The notes: a model not told the origin generated them from the letters alone. Positions 1 to 10,037 are shown, numbered from the stretch's first letter. The stretch is DNA of 64,000 bases from Polyangiaceae bacterium (GCA_044222475.1 JBGANF010000001.1:144391-208390); one strand, 5' to 3'. Made by a program: numbers and translations.

Positions 1-202
1 TGCTTGGGGCATCCTCCGGTCGCTGGTGCCTACCCTGCCTCGCTCGGCCGTTCGATCGTGCCACGGTGCTCGGCCGGTTCAGGGCTAGGCACCGTCCGCC
101 TTCGGCGGTGCGCGCAGGAGCGCGCCAGCCTTGAGCCGGCCTGCGCGCCGCGGCGGGCGAACGTGCCTTCGCGCAGGTGCGCCGGGGGCAAGGAGAATGA
201 CC

Positions 203-541
203 ATGTTGCAGATTCAATCGTTTGCGTTCGACACCGTCGATCTTTGGCTCCCGTCGTCCGGGAGAGGCTGCCCAGGATCCGGACTTGGGGCGCCAGCTGC
301 GGCGCGCGCAGCGTCCAGTATCGTCCTCAACTGAACATCGCCGAGGGTCACGGTTTCCCGTGACGGCATGGTGTCACGCCAACGCTTCCGCAGCTCGCGG
401 AGGCCCTCGGCTCCACGCGCGAAACCGCTGCGGCGCTCTCGAGCTCGCGGCAGCCTGGGCCTTGGACTCACCCAGCGCGACGAACGCATCGCAGATGCTC
501 TCGACTGCATCGCAGCAACCTTGCATCGTCTCACGCGCTGA
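203..541 (+). pseudogene. Four-helix-bundle (23S rRNA IVS/Avd-like) protein, frameshifted copy A
   Basis: RBS AAGGAG then ATG at 203. Pieces in different frames read MLQIQSFAFDTV..DPDLGRQLRRA..SSIVLN..IAEGHG..LDCIAATLHRLTR*. Confidence 0.7.
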
Positions 542-554
542 AGGTTAGGCCGGC

Positions 555-575
555 GGCCGCGCCGGTCGCGCGGCC
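555..575. terminator. GC hairpin between the convergent four-helix-bundle genes
   Basis: GGCCGCGC-cggtc-GCGCGGCC lies between the two stop codons. There is no clear U-tract. Confidence 0.35.
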
Positions 576-585
576 CCGTTTCCCG

Positions 586-931
586 TCACGCCGCCAACCG
601 GTACAGCGTTCCGCGATGCGATCGAGCGCCGCGAGGCGATGACGCAGCACCTTGCTCGTCCCGTTCGACGTAGCCCCACGCTGCCGCGCAGCTCGAGCGC
701 CAGAGCACGCCGGCGTTTCGCGAGTCGAGCTAAACGCCGTACGAAACCGCAGCCTGAGTTGCTGTATCTTGCGCGCGTACGTCCTGAGCCTTCCGCGATG
801 TTGAGGACGATGCTGGACGCCGCGCGCCGCAGCTGCCGCCCGAGGTCGGATCCTGCGCCGTGGTTTCCTCGGATCACCGCGGGAGCCAACGACTTCACGG
901 GTTCGAGAGCAAACGTTTGAACTTTGAGCAT
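586..931 (-). pseudogene. Four-helix-bundle protein, frameshifted copy B
   Basis: AAGGAG + ATG at 931. Reads MLKVQTFALEPV..SDLGRQLRRAASSIVLNIAEGSG, then frameshifts to ALDRIA..LYRLAA*. Confidence 0.75.
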
Positions 932-1171
932 GGTGTTCTCCTTGCCCCGCGCACGCGCGCGCGACGGCGTTTTCGCCGCGCCAGCTCGCGGAGGCGGCGT
1001 CAAGGCTGGCGCGCGCGTCGCGCATATCGTTCCGCCGAAGGCGGCGCTTCACGCGCGTCTTGATGCCGCCGAGCAAGCTGGCACGATCGAAAAAGCCGAG
1101 CGACGTGAGCAATACGCGCCGGAGCGCGACGCGCGAGCGTCATGTCCCATCGTCTGGCTGACCTAGACGCG

Positions 1172-1540
1172 CCGCTTCCGCTTCCGCTTCCGCTTCCGCT
1201 TCCGCTTCCGCTTCCGCTTCCGCTTCCGCTTCCGCCTGGGCGTCATCCGCTCCCGCTTCCGCTTCCGCTTCCGCTTCCGCTTCCGCTTCCGCTCGGAAAA
1301 GCCAGCGAGCATCCGCTTCCGCTTCCGCTTCCGCGACCGCTTCCGCTTCCGCTTCCGCTTCCGCTTCCGCTTCCGCTTCCGCTTCCGCTTCCGCTTCCGC
1401 TTCCGCTTCCGCTTCCGCTTCCGCTTCCGAGTCCGCTTCCGCTTCCGCTTCCGAGTCCGCTTCCGCTTCCGCTTCCGCTTGCGCTTGCGCTTGCGCTTCC
1501 GCTTCCGCTTCCGCTTCCGCTTCCGCTTCCGCTTCCGCTT
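1172..1540. repeat. Hexamer tandem array (CCGCTT)n, about 60 unit lengths with interruptions
   Basis: Directly visible. Variants include CCGAGT, GCGCTT and CCGCGA. Confidence 0.97.
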
Positions 1541-1929
1541 CACTGCCGCCGCGGCAACCTCGCCAGCACCACGTCGACCGTCTTCCTCTGCTCCGGCGTC
1601 ACCGCCAGCGCCGTGGCCCCCGCCTTCTCACAGAGGAGCGCCAGCACCGCGAGCTCGTTGCGATTCAGCTCCACCGTGCGCTCGACCGAGATCGACGGCA
1701 CGCGGTAACGCACCGTCGCCCGCGTGTCGTCGACGACGAGGTCCGTCACCGGGCCGTTCTTGCCGGCGAGGTCGCGCGCGACACTGCGGATCAACCGCGA
1801 GCGGCTCTTGGCCTGGCGCACGACCGGGTCGTGAAAGAGCGCGAACATCCGGTTGCGCGAGAACAGATCGGGGACGAGTGCCATCCCCACCACGAGCGCA
1901 TCCGCGTCGAAGCGCGCGTCAGTCGTCAC
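1540..1929 (-). CDS. Hypothetical protein (129 aa)
   Basis: Protein-like composition. It overlaps the prfA 3' end, which suggests coupling. Confidence 0.7.
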   Translation of the reverse strand: MTTDARFDADALVVGMALVPDLFSRNRMFALFHDPVVRQAKSRSRLIRSVARDLAGKNGPVTDLVVDDTRATVRYRVPSISVERTVELNRNELAVLALLCEKAGATALAVTPEQRKTVDVVLARLPRRQ

Positions 1930-3025
1930 CGCCGTCTCCGTGGACGCTCGGCGCGGCGCCCATGCCAGCGGCGTGCAGCAGCTCCGCCTGCCGATGCGTG
2001 CGCAGCGCCGTGATGAGCTCTTCGATGTCGCCGCCGATGATGCGGTCGAGCTTGTTCAGCGTGAGCTTGATGCGGTGGTCGCTCACGCGGTTCTGCGGGT
2101 AGTTGTAGGTGCGGATCTTCTGGCTGCGCTCACCGGTCGACACCATGCTGCGCCGCGCCGACGCCTCCTCCGCTTCCTTCTTCTCGCGCTCGATGTCGAG
2201 GAGGCGCGACTTGAGGACCTTGAGCGCCTTGGCCTTGTTCTTCAGCTGCGAGCGCTCGTCCTGGCACTTCACGATGATGCCGCTCGGCTTGTGGAGGATC
2301 TGCACCGCGCTGTTCGTCGTGTTGACGCCCTGGCCGCCGGGGCCGCCGCTCGCGGCGATCGAGAACTCGAGGTCCTTGTCCTCGATCTGGACGTCGACGT
2401 CTTCGGCCTCGGGCAGGACCGCGACGGTCGCGGTGGACGTGTGGATGCGCCCCTGCGTCTCGGTCGCCGGGACGCGCTGCACGCGGTGAACGCCGCCTTC
2501 GAAGCGGAGCTTCGCGTAGACGTCCTTGCCGGTGACGAGCGCGATGACCTCCTTGTAGCCGCCAGTCGCGCTCTCGCTCGTGCTGAGGATCTCGATCTTC
2601 CACCCCACACGCTCGGCGTACCGCGCGTACATGCGGAAGAGATCGGCGGCGAACAGCGCGGCCTCTTCGCCGCCTTCACCGCTCCGAATCTCGAGGATGG
2701 TGTTCTTCTTGTCGTTCGGATCGCTCGGCAAGAGCAGGAACTGAAGATCGTTCTCGAGCTCGGTGCGCCGCGAGACGAGCTCCGGGATCTCCATCTCGGC
2801 GAGCTCGCGGAGCTCGGGATCGGCCAGGGCCGCCTCGTCCTCGGCGATCTTCTTCGCGACGTCCTTGTACTGCCGGTACTGCAAGACGATGGGCTCGATC
2901 TCGCCGCGCTCCTTGTTGAGCCGCGAGAGCTTGTTCCGATCGCCGAGGACGTCGGGCTGGCAGAGCAGATCGTCGAGCTCGACGTAGCGCTTCGAGAGTT
3001 GTTCGAGCCGATCCAGCGGTAGCAT
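1919..3025 (-). CDS. prfA: Peptide chain release factor 1
   Basis: GGQ motif (SGGPGGQGVN), PxT motif (RVPATETQGRIHTS), KIRTYNYPQNRVSDHRI. Confidence 0.97.
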   Translation of the reverse strand: MLPLDRLEQLSKRYVELDDLLCQPDVLGDRNKLSRLNKERGEIEPIVLQYRQYKDVAKKIAEDEAALADPELRELAEMEIPELVSRRTELENDLQFLLLPSDPNDKKNTILEIRSGEGGEEAALFAADLFRMYARYAERVGWKIEILSTSESATGGYKEVIALVTGKDVYAKLRFEGGVHRVQRVPATETQGRIHTSTATVAVLPEAEDVDVQIEDKDLEFSIAASGGPGGQGVNTTNSAVQILHKPSGIIVKCQDERSQLKNKAKALKVLKSRLLDIEREKKEAEEASARRSMVSTGERSQKIRTYNYPQNRVSDHRIKLTLNKLDRIIGGDIEELITALRTHRQAELLHAAGMGAAPSVHGDGGDD

Positions 3026-3032
3026 CACGCCC

Positions 3033-4232
3033 TCACGCCGCTTCGGCGCGCTCCTCGAGCGTCTCGCGGGCCATCACTGCGGCGTAATCCGGGAGGCGAA
3101 CCTCGGTCGCGGAGTCGGGCGCGCCGCCCTTCTCGCGAAGGAGCGTCGTGCGGAGCGAGGCGAGCGCGACCTCGAGCTGATCGTCGTCGGGCTCGATCGT
3201 CGTGATCTTCTGCACGAGGAAGCCGGGCCACAGGAGCGCACGCAGCGGGCCCGTCGTGCAGTAGCGCGCGAACAGGCGCTGGAGCTCGAACGTGAACCCG
3301 GCGAGCACGGGCAGGAACGGAAGCTTGATGAGCAGGAACGCGACGAAGTCGAGCTTGGAGTTGCCGGTGTCGATCCTGGGGAGCACCGCGCCCAGCACCG
3401 TGAACATCAGGATCGACACGAGCACCACCATGACGAGGAACGTCGTCCCGCAGCGCGGGTGGAGCGTCGTCTTCGCGCGCGCGTGCTCCACGTCGAGCGG
3501 CTCTTCCGCTTCGTAGGTGGTGATCGTCTTGTGCTCGGCGCCGTGGTACTGAAACACGCGGCGAATGTCGGGGATTCGGCGGACCAAGAGCAGGTAGCCG
3601 AGCACGATCGAGAGCTTCGCCACGCCGGTGAGCGCCTGGAACCCCGGCGACTGGAGCGCGAGATCCAAGTGAAGGAGCCTCGCCACGCCGGACGCGACGA
3701 GCTGCGGCAGCGCGATCATGAACGCGACCATGATCACGAGCATCGGCGCCATGGATCGCCGACGCTCGGCCGGGAGCTCGGCCGCCGGGCTCACCCTCTT
3801 CGGGGCCGAGGTCTCTTCCTTCTCCTCTTGTTCTTCCTCGTCGTCCGGCTTGGTCGCGAGGACGAACAGCGAGTACCCGAGGCTCGACAGCACGTTCAGG
3901 GCGGACGGCGGCGTGGACCTCTTCTTCGGCGCCTTCTTGGCGTCGGCTTCCTGCGCCTCCTCTTCTTCGAGGTCGGCGACGAGCTGGTCGGACGAAAAGC
4001 GCAGGGCCTCGTTGCCCATGCGCAGCGACTCGACCAGGGAGTACATGCCCCGCATCAGGGGGAGCTTCCAGATGCCCGTGCGCTCATCGGTGGCGCTTCG
4101 CTCGCGGACGACGAGCGAGCCGTCCTTGCGGCGCACGACGATCGCGAACGACTTGGGCGATCGCATCATCACGCCTTCGAGCACCGCCTGGCCCCCGATG
4201 TACGGGCGCGCGGGTTCTGCGCTATTTTGCAT
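3033..4232 (-). CDS. DUF1385 (YqhQ-like) membrane protein
   Basis: YIGGQAVLEGVMMR, VFQYHGAEHK, HPRCGTTF, TTIEPDDDQLEVA. Sits between rpmE and prfA. Confidence 0.9.
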   Translation of the reverse strand: MQNSAEPARPYIGGQAVLEGVMMRSPKSFAIVVRRKDGSLVVRERSATDERTGIWKLPLMRGMYSLVESLRMGNEALRFSSDQLVADLEEEEAQEADAKKAPKKRSTPPSALNVLSSLGYSLFVLATKPDDEEEQEEKEETSAPKRVSPAAELPAERRRSMAPMLVIMVAFMIALPQLVASGVARLLHLDLALQSPGFQALTGVAKLSIVLGYLLLVRRIPDIRRVFQYHGAEHKTITTYEAEEPLDVEHARAKTTLHPRCGTTFLVMVVLVSILMFTVLGAVLPRIDTGNSKLDFVAFLLIKLPFLPVLAGFTFELQRLFARYCTTGPLRALLWPGFLVQKITTIEPDDDQLEVALASLRTTLLREKGGAPDSATEVRLPDYAAVMARETLEERAEAA

Positions 4233-4276
4233 GGACTTCGAAGATGCGCCCCGGGACCGCCCAAGGCAAGGGCGGA

Positions 4277-4534
4277 TCAGGCTTCGGGCTTCGGCTCGGG
4301 CGCCGCAGGCGCGGCGGCCGCAGCCGGAGCAGCGGCCTTCTTCTCGTAACGCTTGCGGAAGCGGTCGACGCGGCCCGCGGTGTCCATCAGCTTCTGGGTG
4401 CCGGTGTAGAAGGGGTGGCACTTCGCGCAGACGTCGACCTGCATGTCGCCTTTGGTCGAGCGCGTGACGAACGTGTTTCCGCACGCGCAGTTGACGCGCG
4501 ACGCGGGGTAATTGGGGTGAATGCCTTCCTTCAT
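4277..4534 (-). CDS. rpmE: 50S ribosomal protein L31 (zinc-binding type)
   Basis: [33 protein letters not shown]. Confidence 0.97.
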   Translation of the reverse strand: MKEGIHPNYPASRVNCACGNTFVTRSTKGDMQVDVCAKCHPFYTGTQKLMDTAGRVDRFRKRYEKKAAAPAAAAAPAAPEPKPEA

Positions 4535-4611
4535 GACTCCTGAGCTTTCTCGCATCCTCCGAAGAGGCCGGGGTCGCCAACGCGGCGAGGGGCCAATAGG
4601 AGGGGGCCGGG

Positions 4612-4640
4612 AACCTAACCGCTGTCCGCCACTCGCGCAA
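4612..4640 (-). promoter_or_regulatory. Sigma70-like promoter of the rpmE operon
   Basis: Minus strand reads TTGCGC-N17-TAGGTT. Confidence 0.5.
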
Positions 4641-4737
4641 GCACGTGTTTCTTTGCGTTTCTTTTTGTGATTCCGGCCCAAACGGCCCCATAACGCTCCG
4701 CGTACCGCCGGCATCGAACCCGCCAACCGAGGACCGC

Positions 4738-6267
4738 ATGCGAACCACTGGCCTACCAGCCCTTTTCACCCTCCTCTCGATCCCTGCAGTTCTTCTCGCG
4801 AGCGCGCCGGCCCTGGCCGCCGATGCCCCGCCCGCAGCGAATCCCCCGCCTGCTCCTGCAGCCGGTGCGGCCTCGGACGACGCCGCCCGCGAAGCGGCGC
4901 TCTCGGCTCAGATCATGGCGCCGAAGGCAGGCGGGCTCACGGCCGACGCCGTCGGGAAGCGCGCGGCCCAGACGAGCTTCCAGGCCCAAGCGCAGGAGCA
5001 GGTGCTCCGCGGCGCGGCGGCGCGCGTCGACGCGGCGTGGGCTTCGTTCCTCCCCCGCCTGTCTGGCACGTTCCGCTACACGCGGCTGTCCGACCTCACG
5101 CCCCCGTCGCTCTTCAGCGGGACGGGAAACCTGGTCGGGACGACGGCGCCCGCAGGCACGCTGAACCCCTCGCCCACCGTCGCGATCTCGCTGAGCGGCG
5201 CGAGCTTCCCTGTGTTCCTCGACAACTGGCTCATCCAAGGCACGCTCGTCGTCCCGCTGAGCGACTACGTGTTCCGCCTCACGCAGAACTACGCCGCCGC
5301 CAACAAGTCGCAGCAGGCCGCCAAGTACGACCTCGCGGTCGCGCGGGCGAAGTCGGCGTCCGACGGAAAGATTGCATACTACAACTGGCTGCGCGCTCGC
5401 GGATCGGTGGTCGTCGCCAAGCTCGCTCTCGACGATCAGAAGACGCACCTGAACGACACGAAGAACCTCCTCGATGCCGGAAAGGCCTCGAAGGTCGACG
5501 TGCTCCGCGGCGAGACCGGCGTCGCCGCCGCCGAGCTCGCGGTCGAGCAGACGACCCACTTCGCCCAGCTCGGCGAGGCTCAGGTGCGCATCGCGATCCA
5601 CGCACGAGACGACGAACCCCTCGAGGTCGGCGAGACCATCGACGGAGACGTCGTGGCGTACGGCGGCATGCTCCCGCAGCTCGTCGCCGAAGCGCAGAGC
5701 TCTCGGCTCGAGATCAAGAGCCTCGACGCCACGGCGGACGCGCTGCATGGCCAGGCCACCGTCGTCCGCGCCGGGCAGTTTCCCTCGCTCAGCGCGGTGG
5801 GCAACGTGACGGTCGCGAACCCGAACCAACGGCTCATCCCCCAGCAGGACAAGTTCTTCCCGACTTGGGACGTGAGCCTGCAGCTCACCTGGTCCCCGAA
5901 CGACGTCGCGAGCTCGCGCGCGAACGGTGCCGACGTGGAGAGCAAGGCCGTGCAGATCGAGGCCCAGAAGCAGGCCGTCAGGGACGGCATCGCGCTCGAG
6001 GTGACCCAGGCGTTCCAAGCCGTGCAAGAGGCCGACTTCTCGCTGCGCTCGACCGACAAGCAGCTCGTGACCGCCCGCGAAGCCGTGCGCGTCGCGCGCG
6101 AGCTCTTCAAGGCCGGCCTCGTCACCTCGACGACCCTGACCGACGCCGAGACCGAGCTCACCCGAGCGCGGCTGGCCTCGCTCAACGCCCACGTCGACGC
6201 CCGGGTCGCCCGGGTTCGGCTCGATCACGCCCTCGGGCGCGACACGAAGGACGCGAAGGTCGACTGA
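4738..6267 (+). CDS. TolC family outer membrane efflux protein
   Basis: Signal peptide plus two OEP-like repeats (FLPRLSG.., FPSLSAVG.., [19 protein letters not shown]). Confidence 0.88.
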   Translation: MRTTGLPALFTLLSIPAVLLASAPALAADAPPAANPPPAPAAGAASDDAAREAALSAQIMAPKAGGLTADAVGKRAAQTSFQAQAQEQVLRGAAARVDAAWASFLPRLSGTFRYTRLSDLTPPSLFSGTGNLVGTTAPAGTLNPSPTVAISLSGASFPVFLDNWLIQGTLVVPLSDYVFRLTQNYAAANKSQQAAKYDLAVARAKSASDGKIAYYNWLRARGSVVVAKLALDDQKTHLNDTKNLLDAGKASKVDVLRGETGVAAAELAVEQTTHFAQLGEAQVRIAIHARDDEPLEVGETIDGDVVAYGGMLPQLVAEAQSSRLEIKSLDATADALHGQATVVRAGQFPSLSAVGNVTVANPNQRLIPQQDKFFPTWDVSLQLTWSPNDVASSRANGADVESKAVQIEAQKQAVRDGIALEVTQAFQAVQEADFSLRSTDKQLVTAREAVRVARELFKAGLVTSTTLTDAETELTRARLASLNAHVDARVARVRLDHALGRDTKDAKVD

Positions 6268-6287
6268 GGCGTGATATTCCAAGGCGG

Positions 6288-7220
6288 ATGAAGACGAAGG
6301 TCGCAGTCGTCGGCGCCGGCACCTGGGGACTCTCGCTCGCGGCGGCGGCCGCTCGCGCCGGGAGCGACGTGTCGATCGTCTCGCGCCGCGCCGAGGGCTC
6401 CGCTCCGGAGGGCGTGCGACGCACGACCGATCTGAAGACCATCCGCGACGCGCGGCTCGTGATCGTGGCGGTGCCTTCGCACGTCGCGCGCGAGGTCGGG
6501 CAGGAGATCGGTGACCACCTCGACGGGCGTCACCTCGTCGTCCACGGCGTGCGCGGTCTCGTCGGCGAAAAGCTCGAGACGGTGTGCGACGTGCTCCGCC
6601 ACGAGACGCCGGTGCGCCGGCTCGGCGCGCTGGGCGGTCCTGCGCTGGCCGACGATCTCTTGGCGGGGCGCCCGTCCGTGTTGATCTGCGGCTCGGCCTA
6701 CCCCGAGGTGACGGATGCCGTCGACCAAGCGCTCGGCTGCCGTTCGTGCCGCTTGTACACGACGCCGGATCTTCGCGGGCTCGAGTGGGGCAGCGCGCTC
6801 GTCGGCTGCCTCGCGATCGGGATCGGTTACGCGCAGACGCTGGGGCTGAGCCCCGGGCTCGTCGCGGCGGTCATCACCCGAGCGATCACCGAGGGCTCGC
6901 GCATCGCGGCCGCCGCCGGGGGCGACGAACGTACCCTTTTGGGACTGGCGGGCTACGGCGATCTCCTCGCGTGCATCGCGCAGAAGGAACGCCCCGAGGT
7001 GCGGCTCGGCGCGGCGTTGGCCCAGGGCCGGCCGGTGGCCGAGGCGATCAAGGGAGTCGAGCTGCGCGTCGAAGCGGTGGAGCTCATCCCGCGCATCGCG
7101 AAGTGGGCGGAGGGACAGGGGGTGAAGACCCCGATCTTCAACGCCCTGGCCGACGCCATCTTCGGTCGACGAAGCCCGAGCGAGCTGGTCGAGATCCTGA
7201 TGACGCGCCCGAAGGATTGA
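6288..7220 (+). CDS. NAD(P)H-dependent glycerol-3-phosphate dehydrogenase family protein (divergent paralogue)
   Basis: VAVVGAGTWG Rossmann motif, LGGPALA, GLAGYGDL. The catalytic LKN motif is not conserved. Confidence 0.8.
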   Translation: MKTKVAVVGAGTWGLSLAAAAARAGSDVSIVSRRAEGSAPEGVRRTTDLKTIRDARLVIVAVPSHVAREVGQEIGDHLDGRHLVVHGVRGLVGEKLETVCDVLRHETPVRRLGALGGPALADDLLAGRPSVLICGSAYPEVTDAVDQALGCRSCRLYTTPDLRGLEWGSALVGCLAIGIGYAQTLGLSPGLVAAVITRAITEGSRIAAAAGGDERTLLGLAGYGDLLACIAQKERPEVRLGAALAQGRPVAEAIKGVELRVEAVELIPRIAKWAEGQGVKTPIFNALADAIFGRRSPSELVEILMTRPKD

Positions 7221-7266
7221 TGAGCGGGCCGGACCAGAGTCCGTGCATTGGTCGCATCTCGGTCAA

Positions 7267-7344
7267 GCGCCCCGGACTGAAGTCCGGGGCAGCAACGGGC
7301 CCAATTCAGTACCCGCCCAAAGTCCGCCCAGGAGGGCGGACTCC
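7267..7344 (+). repeat. REP-like double-palindrome element, left arm
   Basis: GCCCCGGACT-GA-AGTCCGGGGC followed by AGTCCGCCC-AGGA-GGGCGGACT. Confidence 0.85.
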
Positions 7345-7352
7345 CCCTGGCG

Positions 7353-7764
7353 ATGCCAAACCTTCCGTGCGCGGTATGCTCGTACGATGCTCTGTTGAAG
7401 CTGCCCCGCACGCGCAGTGGTCACGGTCGCTTCGGGGGTCACTCTTTGCGACGCGTGCATCGCAGTCTTGGCGCGAGTCGCGTTGCGCGGACCCAGCTCG
7501 GCTGGCTCTCCCGACGTCGTGGACTTCACCGACGCCGCGGCGACGTTCTTCGATGCAGCCCGCTCCTTGGGCGATCTCGCGCGGGCCTATGAAGACATGG
7601 GGCTCGAGGAAGACGCTGCGCGATCCGCGGCCCAAGCGATGAAGTTGGGCGCCGGACCGAGTACGGCACGGCTCGGCGCGGTGGTGTTCCGGTGGCTCGC
7701 GCCCAGCGAAGGTCGCCGTGCACAGCTCAGGCGAATGATCCAAGCAGAGCGCGCGCTGAGCTGA
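7353..7764 (+). pseudogene. Small ORF with a split C4 zinc-finger-like N-terminus
   Basis: CAVC lies in the frame of 7353 and SGVTLCDACI in the frame of 7417. One frameshift would join them. Confidence 0.45.
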
Positions 7765-7866
7765 GAACCACTCGGGTCCGAGAGCTTCAGAGCCCGCGCT
7801 CCGCGCGGACTCCCTATTCGTCCCATATTGGTACACCAAGGATGAACGTCGGAGCTCCATGCAATC

Positions 7867-7944
7867 GGAGCCCGCCCTCCTGGGCGGGCTTTGGTCGAGT
7901 ATCGCAGCGGGCCCGTTGCTGCCCCGGACTTCAGTCCGGGGCGC
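7867..7944 (-). repeat. REP-like double-palindrome element, right arm (inverted copy of 7267-7344)
   Basis: The reverse complement matches the left arm over 78 bp. Differences fall mainly in the spacer. Confidence 0.85.
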
Positions 7945-7994
7945 CATGCTGATGACTTCAGTAGAAGAAGGATGTGGTGACGACGGCGAACGCA

Positions 7995-9998
7995 TCACAT
8001 CGGCGGCGGGCGCACCGAGCCTCGGGTCGTCGTCTTCAAGCGCTCGCGTACGTCGGCCAGGGCCTCTTGCGCGAGGTAGCCGAGCAGATCCTGTCGCCGA
8101 TCTTCGAGCGTCACGTCGGCGATGGTGCGCTTCTCCGACCGGATGAGCTTCATCACGACGTGGAAATCGCCGGACAGCACGAACCCCGCCCGCTGCGCCG
8201 TCAGCTCGACGCCGCGAATCCACGCCGCGAGATCGACGCGCCCGCCGCCCTTCTCCCACTCGGCCGCCGCCGCCCGCAGCTCCTTCTTCTCGTCCTCGTC
8301 CACGTGACGCGCGAGCTCCTTGCGGAGCTTGGTCACGGCTTCGTTGCTGGCGATCGGAACCTCGGGCAGGGCGAGCTTCACCGTCGCGAGTACCAGATTG
8401 GTCAGCTCGGGTAGCGTCGGATAGAACACGAGCACGTAGTGCTCGGGCCGGTAGTACGTGAGGTGCCGCGCGACGAGGAACGCGAGCTCCGGGACGCTCA
8501 GCCCCTTGAGCACGCTCGGCCCGACCGCGGTCGACGGCTCGTCGACTTGAGCCGCCGCGATCCCGCCGGGCACGTTGTCGAGCACGTAGAGCGCCGGAAC
8601 CTCGATGCCGAGGATCTTCGCCGCCCACGCGAACGTGCGCACGATCGTCGCGGTGCTGTTGGGGTCCTGCCTCTTCAGCGCGTCGAGCACGACGAGCCGC
8701 TTCTGGTCCTGCAGCTCCGACACTTTGGCCTTCACCGCCGCCGGTCCGATCGCGCGCAGCATGCGCGCGACGGTGTGGTCGTAACCCGGAGCGCGGAGAT
8801 CGCGATCCCAGATCGCGTCGTCGAAGACGGCGCCGGGCCGCATCGATCCGTCGATCTTGAACTGGTCGATGACGAGCTGATGGTCGATCTCGGCCGCGCC
8901 GAGCTCTTCGAGCGCGAGCGCAGTGAGGAAGATGCGATCGCGATCGCCGCGCTTCGAGTGCATCTCGAACAGACGGCGGAACGTCTGCGCGCGCAGGGGC
9001 GCGACCTGAGCCGCGGCGGCGAGCTCGCGCACCGCGTCGTCCACGGTGCCGCGCGCGACGTAGAGCTCGGCGAGGGCGGCGCGGGTGTCGGCGTCTTTGG
9101 GGCGGAGCTTCACCGCGCCTTCCATCGCTTCGACCGCGCCCGGACCGTCACCGAGCTTGTCGCGACGGAGCGTTCCGAGCCGCTTGCAGAGATCGTACGC
9201 GCGCTCGACGTCGCCGCGCTCGGCGTGACGATCGATGAGGCGCGCGTAGACGCGCTCGAGATCGACGAACGCGCCGCTCTTCGTCCGCATCGCGACGAGC
9301 GCCGAGAGCGCCTTCTCGTGGGTCGGATCCTCTTCGAGGGTCGCCTCGAGGAGCGGCACGCCGCGCTTCTCGTCGCGGAGGCGCCCCAAGAGCACGTCCG
9401 CCTGAGCGAAGCGGTGCTTCGCCCGCTCGACGGGATCGGTCTCTTCGGTGCAGAGCGCGCCGTGGAGCTCGGCGACCTTGGGCCACCGTTGGATCTTCTC
9501 GTAGAGGGCGAGCAGCTCGTTCAAGACCTCGACCGCGTCCGAGTGAATCGTCCTCGCGCGTTCGAGCGTCTCGATGGCGTCGCGCGGCTCGTCGAGCTTG
9601 TCGCGCTGAGTCGCTGCGATGCGGCGGAGCTCGATCACCTTCGCGTCGTCGCGATCGAGGTGGTCGACCATGCGCTTGCGCAGGGTGACGACCCGGCGGA
9701 AGTCCTTCTCGGCTTCCGCGAGCTCGACCATCGCGACGAGCGCGGGCTTGTAGCCCGGCATGAGCTTGAGCGCCTTCTCGAAGTTGAGCTCGGCCTCGCG
9801 ACCTTTGCCCTGAGCGCGCTTCACCTCGCCGACGCTCGCGTAGATCGACGCCCGCTCGAGCTCCTCGTCGTCGGTGCAGAGCATCAGCGCGCGCTTGTAT
9901 CCCTCGAGCGCGGCATCGAGCTCGCCCCGGTTCTTTGCGCCGTCGGCCTCGGTGATGAGGGTGTCGAGATCGAGCGCGTCGTCGTCGTCGTCGGTCAT
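7995..9998 (-). CDS. Tetratricopeptide repeat protein
   Basis: Multiple TPR-like helices (AELNFEKALKLMPGY, AMEGAVKLRPKDADTRAALAELY). Confidence 0.85.
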   Translation of the reverse strand: MTDDDDDALDLDTLITEADGAKNRGELDAALEGYKRALMLCTDDEELERASIYASVGEVKRAQGKGREAELNFEKALKLMPGYKPALVAMVELAEAEKDFRRVVTLRKRMVDHLDRDDAKVIELRRIAATQRDKLDEPRDAIETLERARTIHSDAVEVLNELLALYEKIQRWPKVAELHGALCTEETDPVERAKHRFAQADVLLGRLRDEKRGVPLLEATLEEDPTHEKALSALVAMRTKSGAFVDLERVYARLIDRHAERGDVERAYDLCKRLGTLRRDKLGDGPGAVEAMEGAVKLRPKDADTRAALAELYVARGTVDDAVRELAAAAQVAPLRAQTFRRLFEMHSKRGDRDRIFLTALALEELGAAEIDHQLVIDQFKIDGSMRPGAVFDDAIWDRDLRAPGYDHTVARMLRAIGPAAVKAKVSELQDQKRLVVLDALKRQDPNSTATIVRTFAWAAKILGIEVPALYVLDNVPGGIAAAQVDEPSTAVGPSVLKGLSVPELAFLVARHLTYYRPEHYVLVFYPTLPELTNLVLATVKLALPEVPIASNEAVTKLRKELARHVDEDEKKELRAAAAEWEKGGGRVDLAAWIRGVELTAQRAGFVLSGDFHVVMKLIRSEKRTIADVTLEDRRQDLLGYLAQEALADVRERLKTTTRGSVRPPPM

Positions 9999-10037
9999 CG
10001 CGGGAGGGGACGAGCGAGCATAGGCGATTTTCGCGGT

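Noticed and set aside
203..931. Diversity-generating retroelement (Avd-like genes)
   Set aside because: No reverse transcriptase or TR/VR pair is present in the window.
1..1150. Pure long-read fold-back artefact
   Set aside because: Not favoured, because differences between the arms are often codon-conservative. It cannot be excluded without the reads.
1172..1540. CRISPR array
   Set aside because: Simple tandem hexamers with no unique spacers and no cas genes.
1142..1708. Poly-LP, poly-KR and poly-FR ORFs
   Set aside because: These are translations of the hexamer array, with no evidence of coding.
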